IMG/VR virus record: IMGVR_UViG_2541046997_000001
Location: 99,307-163,306 of that record
Reading direction: 5' to 3' (one strand)
DNA from: a virus
Lineage: Duplodnaviria > Heunggongvirae > Uroviricota > Caudoviricetes
Length of the DNA: 64,000 bases
Positions 1 to 8,251 of the stretch are shown here, in pieces. The translations under genes and the position numbers were made by a program. Each line of letters begins with the position of its first letter. The first letter of the stretch is position 1. Below the pieces are notes generated by a model, which was not told the DNA's origin, did no database searches, and saw nothing but the letters and a program-made list of their open reading frames with translations.

Positions 1-153
1 ATTCAGCATAAAATCACCTCCTGGTTTCATGCAGACGAAAATATATCGCATGAATTTTAATTAGAGTGATTTTTCTATATAAGTGACGGTTATCATAAAA
101 GTAGTATACAACAAAATTAAAATTAACACAAATAGAAATGGAGGTCTGGTTAA

Positions 154-1287
154 ATGTTAGTTGAAAAAGTCATAAAAATACCGGTATATACTTTCAATTT
201 TAGAATGTATCCGAATAAAGAGCAGAGTGAATTAATAGATAGAATTATTTTGGCTTTACATAAGGCTTGTAATATGGCTGTTTACGATATGTTTGAAAAT
301 AAAATTAACACAATTGAAAAACCAGACCAAAATAACGAAGGGCAAACCGTACATTTTCCGGATGTTAATTCCATGGCAAAGAAACAATATCTTGATGTAC
401 TAAGAAGTAGAAATGAAGATATTAAATTGATCCCGGCGGGTGCTTTGTCGGGTAAGAATGGTGTTTTCTTATCGGATCTATCTAAAAGATTAGATGCTCA
501 GGTAAGTGGAGAAAATGCTAATAAGAAAACAAATGGAAAAGGTGTTAAAAGACCGATTGAAAATAGTAAACCTCCGTATTATTCAAAGAAACATCCAAGA
601 ACTAGTTATACATATCAAGAAACCATGAGTAAAATGAGTTTCAGTGAAGAGAATAAAAACGTAGCATATTTTAATTTAGCTAAAATTGGCAAGGTAAAAA
701 TCAGAGGAATTAAAGGATACTTAAAAAATATCAGATTTGATTGTTTATGCGGAATGGATTTTGAAGAATATGCAAATTTACATAAAACACAACAAGTATT
801 AACAACTGTTAAAAAGGATAATTGCGGAGATTATTTTTTACAGTTGTGTTTAAAGGATGTTTATAAAATCGTAAAAGTTGAAGAAGAGAAAAAAGAAATA
901 GGAATTGATGTTGGTATTTCAACGTTAATGACTTTATCAGATGGTAGAAAATATGATAATCCTAGATTTAAAAATGGTAAAGATGGAAGTGTTCGACAAC
1001 ATCGAGAAATTTTAAATAGACAGTTATCCAGACGGCAAGGGTATAGCAATATAGAATTTCGAGAAAAATTGAGAGAATTAAGAAAAGAGGATATTAATTT
1101 AGAGCCGTCTAAAAGATACATAGAAACAAAAATTAAGAAAGCAAAATTAGAAAGAAAGGTAACCCGGCAAAGAAAGTATCATATGGAGAATATGGTATTG
1201 GAAGTTATAAGAAGATCGAACTTTATTGGAATAGAAACATTGTCGGTAAAGGATATGTATGTCAAGAAAAACAAGAGTGAGAAATGA
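154..1287 (+). CDS. tnpB: TnpB (IS605 OrfB-like RNA-guided nuclease), N-terminal 377-aa segment. The frame is broken at an A5 run near 1270-1285.
   Basis: Has TnpB-like N-terminus and central domain. The ORF ends inside the expected RuvC-II/zinc-finger linker. Confidence 0.8.
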   Translation: MLVEKVIKIPVYTFNFRMYPNKEQSELIDRIILALHKACNMAVYDMFENKINTIEKPDQNNEGQTVHFPDVNSMAKKQYLDVLRSRNEDIKLIPAGALSGKNGVFLSDLSKRLDAQVSGENANKKTNGKGVKRPIENSKPPYYSKKHPRTSYTYQETMSKMSFSEENKNVAYFNLAKIGKVKIRGIKGYLKNIRFDCLCGMDFEEYANLHKTQQVLTTVKKDNCGDYFLQLCLKDVYKIVKVEEEKKEIGIDVGISTLMTLSDGRKYDNPRFKNGKDGSVRQHREILNRQLSRRQGYSNIEFREKLRELRKEDINLEPSKRYIETKIKKAKLERKVTRQRKYHMENMVLEVIRRSNFIGIETLSVKDMYVKKNKSEK

Positions 1288-1558
1288 TAATTTATCTGAT
1301 GCAGCAATGGGAGAAATTCTTACTTTATTGAAAAGAAAAGGTGAAGAATATGGTATTCCGGTTGTTGCGATTGGGCAATATCAAAGATCTACACAGACAT
1401 GTAGTAAGTGTGGTTTTGTAAATGTAAAAACAAAGGACACAAAAATTAGAGGTTGGGTTTGTCCCGAATGTGGGGCAATTCATGATAGAGATGTTAATGC
1501 AGCAATCAATATCTTAAACATGGCTAAAGAGAAAGAATATAAGAAGCAGATAGCTTAA
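1259..1558 (+). pseudogene. tnpB: TnpB C-terminal segment (zinc finger and RuvC-III) in the +1 frame relative to the upstream part.
   Basis: TCSKCG...CPECG zinc finger and DRDVNAAINI motif. It overlaps the upstream ORF by about 29 nt. Restoring the frame needs a 1-nt change in the AAAAA run. Confidence 0.75.
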
Positions 1559-1596
1559 ATACATATATTTAACGGTTGCAGGTTCAACGCCGCCGA

Positions 1597-1639
1597 GTGC
1601 GAATAGTAAATGAACATAAATTATACGGTTCATTCGCAC
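1597..1639 (+). repeat. Imperfect hairpin just 3' of tnpB: IS200/IS605 right-end structure and candidate omega-RNA (reRNA) scaffold.
   Basis: GTGCGAA(1597-1603) pairs with TTCGCAC(1633-1639). TGAAC(1611-1615) pairs with GTTCA(1628-1632). There is a 7-nt bulge and a 12-nt loop. Confidence 0.6.
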
Positions 1640-1768
1640 CAAAGTAGATAAAAGAAATCAGTGAGTAGTAATTATTTATTTATATATACGAAAACAGATA
1701 TTGCTTTTATAACCTTAAAATTATGTAAGTTACATAAAAGAGATGCGTCATATTTGTGTATTTTTGCC

Positions 1769-1866
1769 GATGTAATTTATATGAATATGAGGATTGAAAT
1801 TAATTCATCCGTTAAAGTATGTCTCAATACTTTTGATGTAATTTATATGAATATGAGGATTGAAAT
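1769..1866 (+). repeat. Two identical 32-bp direct repeats (GATGTAATTTATATGAATATGAGGATTGAAAT) flanking a 34-bp unique spacer, resembling a mini-CRISPR array.
   Basis: Copies at 1769-1800 and 1835-1866 are exact. The repeat ends in ATTGAAAT, like type I/III crRNA 5' handles. The spacer length is typical of type I-B. No cas genes lie nearby. Confidence 0.5.
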
Positions 1867-2035
1867 ATTTTCAATGGAAGAACTGCGAGAAATGGAAGCT
1901 GATAATTGGACTCCTTCAAAAAAAGGTTTCAGAATTTTTACAAAAATAAGAATTTGTGTGTTGTTGTAATTTATAACTAAACACATATAGAGAGTTTTGT
2001 GTATAAGTAATAAAAATTAAAAGGAGAAATGAATC

Positions 2036-2668
2036 ATGAAAAAAATTAAGAAAAACTTTGTAATGTTATTTTTAGTTGGAGTTCTATGTGCAAGCACAGG
2101 TTGCTCTATGTTGCAATCTGAGATCAACAATATTAAAGGTGCATTGGTTGGAAATAGTTATCACGTTAATACATATGATAATTATGGCGCAAAGGTGATG
2201 GAAACATCAGGAGACAAGATTAATATATCCGGTAATAAAATTAAATCAAAAAGCTACAATGAAGATGGATCAGAAACTACAAATTATGATTTATCGTCTG
2301 TTATAACAATTACAATTGACGGTAAGGAAATTGAAAGTTGTGGAGATACATGTATTTTTGTACAGGATGGACTAAATAGCGAAGTTGATTTTACCGAAGA
2401 GAGAATTAAAAGTATGACAAATGGATCATTGTCTGATAATACAATCGTAGCTGAATTTGTAAATAAATATAAGAATATGTTTGGAAAGTCGCGAGTGGTC
2501 GTTATTAAGTCGCAGCTCGGACAACCTATTACAGCATACTCAGGAGAAGAAGTATATTGGGAAATTCCGGATGATTTACCAAAGATGACAAAACTTATAA
2601 TTGATGGAAGAGCATTATATATACATAGAGCTAATTTCCAGATTATTGACAAAGAATTATTAAATTAA
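2036..2668 (+). CDS. Putative lipoprotein.
   Basis: Signal peptide with lipobox (LCASTGC). RBS AAGGAGAAAT lies upstream. Confidence 0.65.
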   Translation: MKKIKKNFVMLFLVGVLCASTGCSMLQSEINNIKGALVGNSYHVNTYDNYGAKVMETSGDKINISGNKIKSKSYNEDGSETTNYDLSSVITITIDGKEIESCGDTCIFVQDGLNSEVDFTEERIKSMTNGSLSDNTIVAEFVNKYKNMFGKSRVVVIKSQLGQPITAYSGEEVYWEIPDDLPKMTKLIIDGRALYIHRANFQIIDKELLN

Positions 2669-2683
2669 AAGGAGAAATAAACA

Positions 2684-3085
2684 ATGACAGGATATGATTT
2701 AGTTGCAATTGTAAACTTATTAGAAGATTGCAACAAGAAAGATTATGGTTTTGCATTATATAAGGAAGAATATGAATTACTTAGAACAGAAAACCTAGAA
2801 AATACACTTGTAGTTGTTAATGCAAGAAGTAAAGATAGACGAGTATTGGGAAAAGTAAAAGAGATTTTATCGTTGAAAGAATACGGTAAAAACCCTACGG
2901 CGCAGGTGGTTGGTGTTGCAAATATGGATGCTTATATGAACAGAATAGAGGAAGAACGTGCCAAGAATATTGAAAAAATTAAATACAGAATCGAAAAGAA
3001 AATTGATGATATATTAGATGGTCATAAAGATTTAGATAATCTTTTTAAACAATTAAAAGAATTTGAGAGTGAAAAGGAGAAATAA
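2684..3085 (+). CDS. Hypothetical protein, charged and coiled-coil-like.
   Basis: ORF with a strong RBS (AAAGGAGAAATAAACA). Confidence 0.55.
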   Translation: MTGYDLVAIVNLLEDCNKKDYGFALYKEEYELLRTENLENTLVVVNARSKDRRVLGKVKEILSLKEYGKNPTAQVVGVANMDAYMNRIEEERAKNIEKIKYRIEKKIDDILDGHKDLDNLFKQLKEFESEKEK

Positions 3086-3090
3086 ACAGT

Positions 3091-3273
3091 ATGAATTATC
3101 CATTTTATTGTCCTAAGTGCGAACACAAAGAAATTATTACCATGTCTATGAAGGAATACGTTGGAGAAGGACATATGTGTCCGGAATGTGGAGAAGAAAT
3201 GAAACGAGAAATTGAATCTATGGTTTGTAGAAGCATTGATAAAACAGGTGGCTTTTACAGAAGTTTCAATTAA
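3091..3273 (+). CDS. Small zinc-ribbon protein.
   Basis: CPKC...CPEC motifs. The same RBS as the previous gene lies upstream. Confidence 0.55.
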   Translation: MNYPFYCPKCEHKEIITMSMKEYVGEGHMCPECGEEMKREIESMVCRSIDKTGGFYRSFN

Positions 3274-3279
3274 ATAAAT

Positions 3280-3297
3280 GTGCTGCTACGGTAGCAC
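3280..3297 (+). terminator. Stem-loop after the zinc-ribbon gene: possible terminator or processing site.
   Basis: GTGCTGC-TACG-GTAGCAC hairpin with one G-U pair. The trailing U-tract is weak. Confidence 0.3.
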
Positions 3298-3340
3298 AAA
3301 TAAGGATCATTGGCGCAATGGTATTAAATAAATTTGCAAC

Positions 3341-4243
3341 ATGGGAGAGGGTGCTTTTATAGGAGAAAAACATAATACATATGTGGATTGCGGAGAATAT
3401 TATAAAGGAATTACAAAGCGATATAATGAATTTTATTTTGATAAGGAAGATTATGAATTAGTGTCTAAATATTATTGGGTATTAGATAGTTCCAAAAATG
3501 TTATAACAAAAATTGATGGCAAGAATATTTCAATGCAAAAACTTTTGTTTGGAAATGGTGCTTATAAACATATTGATAACAACAATTCAAATAACAGAAG
3601 AGAAAATATTGTTCCAGTTAAAGGGTTTAAAAATTCTGGGAAAACATATCTATGTGGATATATTGCTGTTTACATGCCGGAACACAAAAGGGCGTTTAAG
3701 GATAACGGGAGCGTATATGAACATATTTTAGTAGCAGAAAAAATGTTAGGAAGAGAACTCAAAGATGGTGAATGTGTACATCACATAGACGGAAATAGAA
3801 CAAATAATTCAGAAGATAATTTAATGGTATTTTCCACCAATAATGATCATATTGCTTGTCATGGTGGCTGTAAAATAATAAAACAAGAAGATGGCGCTTA
3901 TAAGTCAAAACAAAAAAGGTTTAGATATTTTTATAACAATAGAACAAAGGAAGATATAGATAATAATATCGAAGATGTGGGGAGTATAACAATAATTCCA
4001 AGCGGGTATGACATATGCCCTATCTGTAAAAAAAGATTAAAAACCTATAAAGCAAAAATGTGTATAGAATGCAGAAATAAAGAAACGAGAAAAAATATTC
4101 CTTCTAAAGAAGAATTAGAAAAAAATATATATAACATTCCCTTCACTAAAATCGGTGAAATGTATGGTGTTACCGATAATGCAGTAAAAAAGTGGTGTAG
4201 AGGATATGGGCTTCCTTTTAGAAAAAAAGATATGAAGAAATAG
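3341..4243 (+). CDS. HNH homing endonuclease with C-terminal zinc ribbons.
   Basis: HHIDGNRTNNSEDNL...N..H HNH motif, then CPICKK/CIECRNK motifs. Confidence 0.75.
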   Translation: MGEGAFIGEKHNTYVDCGEYYKGITKRYNEFYFDKEDYELVSKYYWVLDSSKNVITKIDGKNISMQKLLFGNGAYKHIDNNNSNNRRENIVPVKGFKNSGKTYLCGYIAVYMPEHKRAFKDNGSVYEHILVAEKMLGRELKDGECVHHIDGNRTNNSEDNLMVFSTNNDHIACHGGCKIIKQEDGAYKSKQKRFRYFYNNRTKEDIDNNIEDVGSITIIPSGYDICPICKKRLKTYKAKMCIECRNKETRKNIPSKEELEKNIYNIPFTKIGEMYGVTDNAVKKWCRGYGLPFRKKDMKK

Positions 4244-4277
4244 AATATCAAACAATATAATCATTTTCACTAAAAGT

Positions 4278-4348
4278 TGTAGATTAGTGTAAATGGTAGC
4301 ACGATGTAGCGTGACACATAAGAAAAGGTTCGAATCCTTTATCTACAA
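4278..4348 (+). tRNA. tRNA-like gene with canonical acceptor, D and T arms but a non-canonical anticodon arm (4-bp stem with 8-nt loop, or 5-bp stem with an A-C mismatch and 6-nt loop). Isotype undetermined.
   Basis: The 7-bp acceptor stem is TGTAGAT/ATCTACA. The D arm is GTGT-AAATGGTA-GCAC. The T arm is AAAGG-TTCGAAT-CCTTT. The anticodon region is ATGT-AGCGTGAC-ACAT. Confidence 0.45.
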
Positions 4349-4381
4349 TCCAAAAATATATAAATGAAAGAGGTGTAAAAA

Positions 4382-4705
4382 ATGAGTAGCTGGACTTATG
4401 TACATGGAACAATTGTAGCTTCTCCTCCAGGAAGGACACAACACGAGAAAAGATATATTCTTGAGACTGTTCTTGATCATCTTCCGGTTGTAACTGGATC
4501 AGAAAGAGATATGGAAGTATATGTGATTCAAAAAAGAGGACATAATAGTTCAAGCGGTAGTGATGAATTTTTCGAGAGAACAAATAATTTAAGAGATTCA
4601 AGAGGAAGAAGAAGCTATAAGCGCGGTTGGTTACATACACAAGATGATTATATTCTTGTTGTTGATGCTGCATTACGTGACAGAGAATTTGAAGATACAT
4701 TTTAA
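4382..4705 (+). CDS. Hypothetical protein.
   Basis: ORF with RBS GAAAGAGGTG. Confidence 0.5.
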   Translation: MSSWTYVHGTIVASPPGRTQHEKRYILETVLDHLPVVTGSERDMEVYVIQKRGHNSSSGSDEFFERTNNLRDSRGRRSYKRGWLHTQDDYILVVDAALRDREFEDTF

Positions 4706-4711
4706 GAATTT

Positions 4712-4930
4712 ATGAAGTGGTTTTGTAGACTATCAAAAAGAGTCTTTGTAAATGATGTGAATGTGAAAATCAAAGGATTTGACAAGCAATATGTTATAGA
4801 TAATCCAGATCCGTTTTTCAACATGAGTGACTTCGATAATGATAATTGGTGTAGTTATTTGATGTGGAAATACGACGGAGATAAGGATGGAAATTTGTTA
4901 AGTGGGAAACCGGTAAATAGAAATGAGTAA
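4712..4930 (+). CDS. Hypothetical protein.
   Basis: ORF only. Confidence 0.4.
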   Translation: MKWFCRLSKRVFVNDVNVKIKGFDKQYVIDNPDPFFNMSDFDNDNWCSYLMWKYDGDKDGNLLSGKPVNRNE

Positions 4931-5095
4931 TTTTATGGAGGTAATTAATTATGGCTAGTGAAGATATAACTTTTTGCATGTCAGATTGCAATAATATGAA
5001 GTGTTTTAGAAATAAGAAACATATTAAATACCCTGAGTTCTCACATAGTTTTGCGTTTTTGGAAAATACGAAAGATTGTATGAAGGTGGTAAAAA

Positions 5096-5500
5096 ATGAG
5101 AAGTCCAAAAGTAAAAAATAAATATAATCTCACAATGAAAAAGATTAATAAACTCAAAGTTGGTGATGAATCTAAAATTAAAGAACCACTATTTTGGAGG
5201 AATAATGTAATAAATGCATGGTGTATTAATAGAATTATCGGGACAGATGATGATGTAAAATATGGAACAGATAACGATATTTGGATTGGCATTTATGATA
5301 AACCATATTATAACAGAAGAGTTCATGTTCGCTGTAGTTGCTATGGGGGAATGTGTTCTTATAAATTTGATAAATTTTTCAGATATGAAGATATCGAATA
5401 TGAAAATGATTTAAAAACCCAGGAAGCGTTGTTGAGAACAGTAAACTATTTGATTGATGAAGGAATTTTGGTGATGGAAAATGGACGAGAAGAAAGTTAG
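5096..5500 (+). CDS. Hypothetical Cys-rich protein. The real start is probably an internal Met near 5138.
   Basis: ORF. Its 5' part overlaps a 58-codon ORF (4951-5127) in another frame. Confidence 0.45.
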   Translation: MRSPKVKNKYNLTMKKINKLKVGDESKIKEPLFWRNNVINAWCINRIIGTDDDVKYGTDNDIWIGIYDKPYYNRRVHVRCSCYGGMCSYKFDKFFRYEDIEYENDLKTQEALLRTVNYLIDEGILVMENGREES

Positions 5501-5721
5501 AGAAGCGATAGAAGATTTTAAGGAATTATCTATCCAAATGCGAGAAAGAGGATTTAATGTGCTTCAAAGCATTCTGTCCTAGTTGTGGACGTGTTGTGGA
5601 GTCTTGTAGAAATAAAAACTGTCACGTATGTACGCAAGTGCTTGATTGGTCTGAATAATATATTCAAGTTCCCTGCGAGTTTTCTTTCGAGTTGACTCGT
5701 GGGGGCTGGGAAAGGTAGAAA

Positions 5722-5940
5722 ATGAAACTATTAGATAAGCTTGAAAAAGATTTAATAAACGTATGTATTATAAGTGGAATAATTGTTTTTATAGGAATAT
5801 TTTTTTTGGGATTTGGAAACGAAAATGTATTTTATAAAATACTTGTTTTATCAATGAAAAGTTTTTTGATTCTAACATCCTTATCTGTAATAAGAATTTT
5901 ATTGCAGGTGTTATTTAAGAGAATGAAGGAGTGGGTATAA
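5722..5940 (+). CDS. Small membrane protein.
   Basis: Two hydrophobic helices. RBS GGGAAAGG lies upstream. Confidence 0.5.
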   Translation: MKLLDKLEKDLINVCIISGIIVFIGIFFLGFGNENVFYKILVLSMKSFLILTSLSVIRILLQVLFKRMKEWV

Positions 5941-6360
5941 ATGCAAGAACTAAAGAAATGCCCGTTTTGTGGACATGAAATTGATGAACAAAAAGACTTA
6001 TATCTGCCTGAGAGAGATTGGCATCCAACATTTTATGACCCAGATAGCGGGGGCGACCCTATATACATACATTGTGAATGTGGATTAGAATTTTCGACAG
6101 GAACACATGATTATGCGGAATTTTTAGAAGCATGGAATAGGAGAGTGAAAGAAAAGAAATTATATACTTGTGAAATCTGCAATACGGATTATACCGATAA
6201 AGAAAAGGCTAAACAATGCGAAAAAGGGCATAAGATGTTAGAGAAAGCAACGCTTGTTACTGGTGTGTATAAACCTATTTCTATGCAACCTAGTGGAGAG
6301 CCTTATAAAATTCGTGTGAAATTTCCGGGAACAGATAAATTTATAGAATACAGAAGATAG
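5941..6360 (+). CDS. Double zinc-ribbon protein with a Lar-like N-terminus, a possible restriction-alleviation protein.
   Basis: N-terminal LKKCPFCGHEID resembles Lar-family proteins. A second CxxC...C pair sits in the middle. Confidence 0.4.
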   Translation: MQELKKCPFCGHEIDEQKDLYLPERDWHPTFYDPDSGGDPIYIHCECGLEFSTGTHDYAEFLEAWNRRVKEKKLYTCEICNTDYTDKEKAKQCEKGHKMLEKATLVTGVYKPISMQPSGEPYKIRVKFPGTDKFIEYRR

Positions 6361-6379
6361 ATTTGTTGGAGGTGGAAGA

Positions 6380-6772
6380 ATGAACGTACTAGAGAAGATC
6401 TTGAAAGAGATAGAAGAGCGTGGTAATATCCAATTTTCATCATATACAAAACCATTAATTGCAGTTGAGGATGTTCTGGAAATCATCCGCTCTCACATGG
6501 ATGAAATCCCAAACTGTGAAGGATGCAGCAGGAGAAAGTGGTATCAAAAAGGATTTGAGGACGGAAAGAAAGATAACGACTGGATTCCGGTAGAAGAGAA
6601 GTTGCCGGAAAAAGAAGTGATTGCACAAAACGTATACAATGAAATGATGATTGGCTATGTATATTATTCAGAAGAAATGGAATGGTATGGATGTGAATCT
6701 GATGATGTTTATCTCAGTAATGTTGTAGCATGGCGGCCACTTCCGGAAACATATAAAAAGCACAGACAATAG
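6380..6772 (+). CDS. Hypothetical protein.
   Basis: ORF with RBS GGAGGTGG. Confidence 0.5.
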   Translation: MNVLEKILKEIEERGNIQFSSYTKPLIAVEDVLEIIRSHMDEIPNCEGCSRRKWYQKGFEDGKKDNDWIPVEEKLPEKEVIAQNVYNEMMIGYVYYSEEMEWYGCESDDVYLSNVVAWRPLPETYKKHRQ

Positions 6773-6915
6773 CCTGTGCAGAACAAAAATAAAGGTGCTT
6801 CCTAGATACCATTATTTTTGATTACATAAATGATTATAACATATATCTTAGTTCATATCAACAGGGGATGTGAGGTAAATGTTATGAAAGAAGAATTTTA
6901 AAGGAGAAATAACAT

Positions 6916-7449
6916 ATGAAAGTTTTAGTTGTAGTAGATATGCAAAATGATTTTGTTACAGGAAGTCTCGGAACAAAAGAAGCCAGAGAAATTGTTCCGA
7001 GTGTAAAGAAAAAAATTGAAAAGTATTTTAATAATGGCGAAGAAATTATTTTTACAAGAGATACTCATTATTCTAATTATTTAGACACTCAAGAAGGAAA
7101 AAATTTACCAGTTGAACATTGTATTCATGGCACGACGGGGTGGAATGTTTTAGAAGGGCTAGAAACTCCTAATTGCCATTATGTAGATAAAAATACATTT
7201 GGTTGGGATCAATGGAAAGAGACGTTAGGAAGGTCTAATTTTGATGAAGTAGAATTAATTGGAGTATGTACTGATATTTGTGTGGTATCAAATGCGTTAT
7301 TAATCAAGGCTTTATTTCCAGAAACTAAAATCACAGTTGATGCGTCATGTTGTGCAGGTGTCACTCCTGAAAAACACAAAGCTGCATTAGAAGTGATGAA
7401 ATCTTGTCAAATTAATGTGATTGGAGAGAAAACTTATGATCAAAATTAA
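6916..7449 (+). CDS. pncA: Nicotinamidase PncA (isochorismatase-family cysteine hydrolase).
   Basis: VVDMQNDF N-terminal motif, metal/substrate motif PVEHCIHGTTGW (PncA WPxHCVxGTxGA), and catalytic Cys in GVCTDICV. Confidence 0.8.
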   Translation: MKVLVVVDMQNDFVTGSLGTKEAREIVPSVKKKIEKYFNNGEEIIFTRDTHYSNYLDTQEGKNLPVEHCIHGTTGWNVLEGLETPNCHYVDKNTFGWDQWKETLGRSNFDEVELIGVCTDICVVSNALLIKALFPETKITVDASCCAGVTPEKHKAALEVMKSCQINVIGEKTYDQN

Positions 7450-8251
7450 TGGAGAAGTAGTAAATACAAAGAAATTCCCAGATGGGACTCTCTTGCTTAA
7501 AGAGGATGTTTCTTATGATTTTAAAAATTATAGAGAAGCAACTATTACATGGTTGTTTGAAAATAATGATGAATTGGTGACATTGATTTATATTGTCAAA
7601 CATCTTAATTCTCATGGTATTACAAATTTGTACTTGAATATGCCTTATATTCCAAACAGTCGTCAAGATCGTGTTAAAACAACAGAGGATGTATTTACAT
7701 TAAAATATTTTGCAGAAGTTATCAATTGGCTGAATTTTGATTCTGTAACAGTATTAGATCCGCATTCATCTGTAAGCGAAGCTCTTATTGATAAAATCGT
7801 AATTAAGCACCCGGACAGGTATGTGTGGGAAGCAATTGAAAGCAAATACATCGGCGGTACAAATAATCTCACAATGTTCTACCCGGACGAAGGAGCTATG
7901 AAACGTTATTCTACAATGTTTGATCTTCCTTATGCTTTTGGTATTAAAAAACGTGATTGGAAAACAGGTGAAATTAAAGGATTAGACGTTTCAGGTATGA
8001 CAGACTTAATCAAAGGAAGAAAGATTTTAATTGTAGACGATATTTCAAGTCGTGGTGGAACATTTTATCATTCAGCTATTAAGTTAAAAGAATTGGGAGC
8101 AAAGGAGATTTATCTATATGTGTCTCATTGTGAAAATACAATCCTCGAAGGAGAATTATTAAGTAGTGGATTAATCGACAGAGTGTTCACAACAAATAGT
8201 ATTTTTACTAAAGAACATGAGAAAGTAGAGGTATTTGAGTATGAAGAGTAA
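7421..8251 (+). CDS. Ribose-phosphate pyrophosphokinase (Prs)-like enzyme, candidate ADPR-pyrophosphate synthetase (Adps) of the NARP1 NAD+ reconstitution pathway. The likely start is ATG 7436.
   Basis: Prs motifs are present: MPYIPNSRQDR, LDPHS, PDEGA and the PRPP loop ILIVDDISSRGGT. The protein is shorter and diverged from housekeeping Prs and sits next to a NAMPT-family gene. Confidence 0.7.
   Translation: MERKLMIKINGEVVNTKKFPDGTLLLKEDVSYDFKNYREATITWLFENNDELVTLIYIVKHLNSHGITNLYLNMPYIPNSRQDRVKTTEDVFTLKYFAEVINWLNFDSVTVLDPHSSVSEALIDKIVIKHPDRYVWEAIESKYIGGTNNLTMFYPDEGAMKRYSTMFDLPYAFGIKKRDWKTGEIKGLDVSGMTDLIKGRKILIVDDISSRGGTFYHSAIKLKELGAKEIYLYVSHCENTILEGELLSSGLIDRVFTTNSIFTKEHEKVEVFEYEE

Larger units (their letters stand above)
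154..1640 (+). mobile_element. IS200/IS605-family element remnant: frameshifted tnpB plus right-end subterminal hairpin. No tnpA lies inside the window.
   Basis: TnpB N-terminal HTH-like region (YTFNFRMYPNKEQ...), a RuvC-like core, and a C-terminal CxxC...CxxC zinc finger with the DRDVNAAINI RuvC-III motif. An imperfect hairpin lies directly 3' of the gene. Confidence 0.75.

Noticed and set aside
1769-1866. A bona fide CRISPR-Cas locus.
   Set aside because: Only two repeats are present, with no leader that I can define and no cas genes anywhere in 64 kb. I kept it only as a mini-array hypothesis.
1661-1969. 102-aa plus-strand ORF downstream of tnpB.
   Set aside because: It spans the two 32-bp direct repeats and their spacer, has no RBS and has low-complexity translation. 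The region is better explained as non-coding IS flank or mini-array.
4284-4700. 138-aa minus-strand ORF.
   Set aside because: It overlaps the tRNA-like gene and a plus-strand gene. It is an AT-rich reverse-frame artefact with no RBS.
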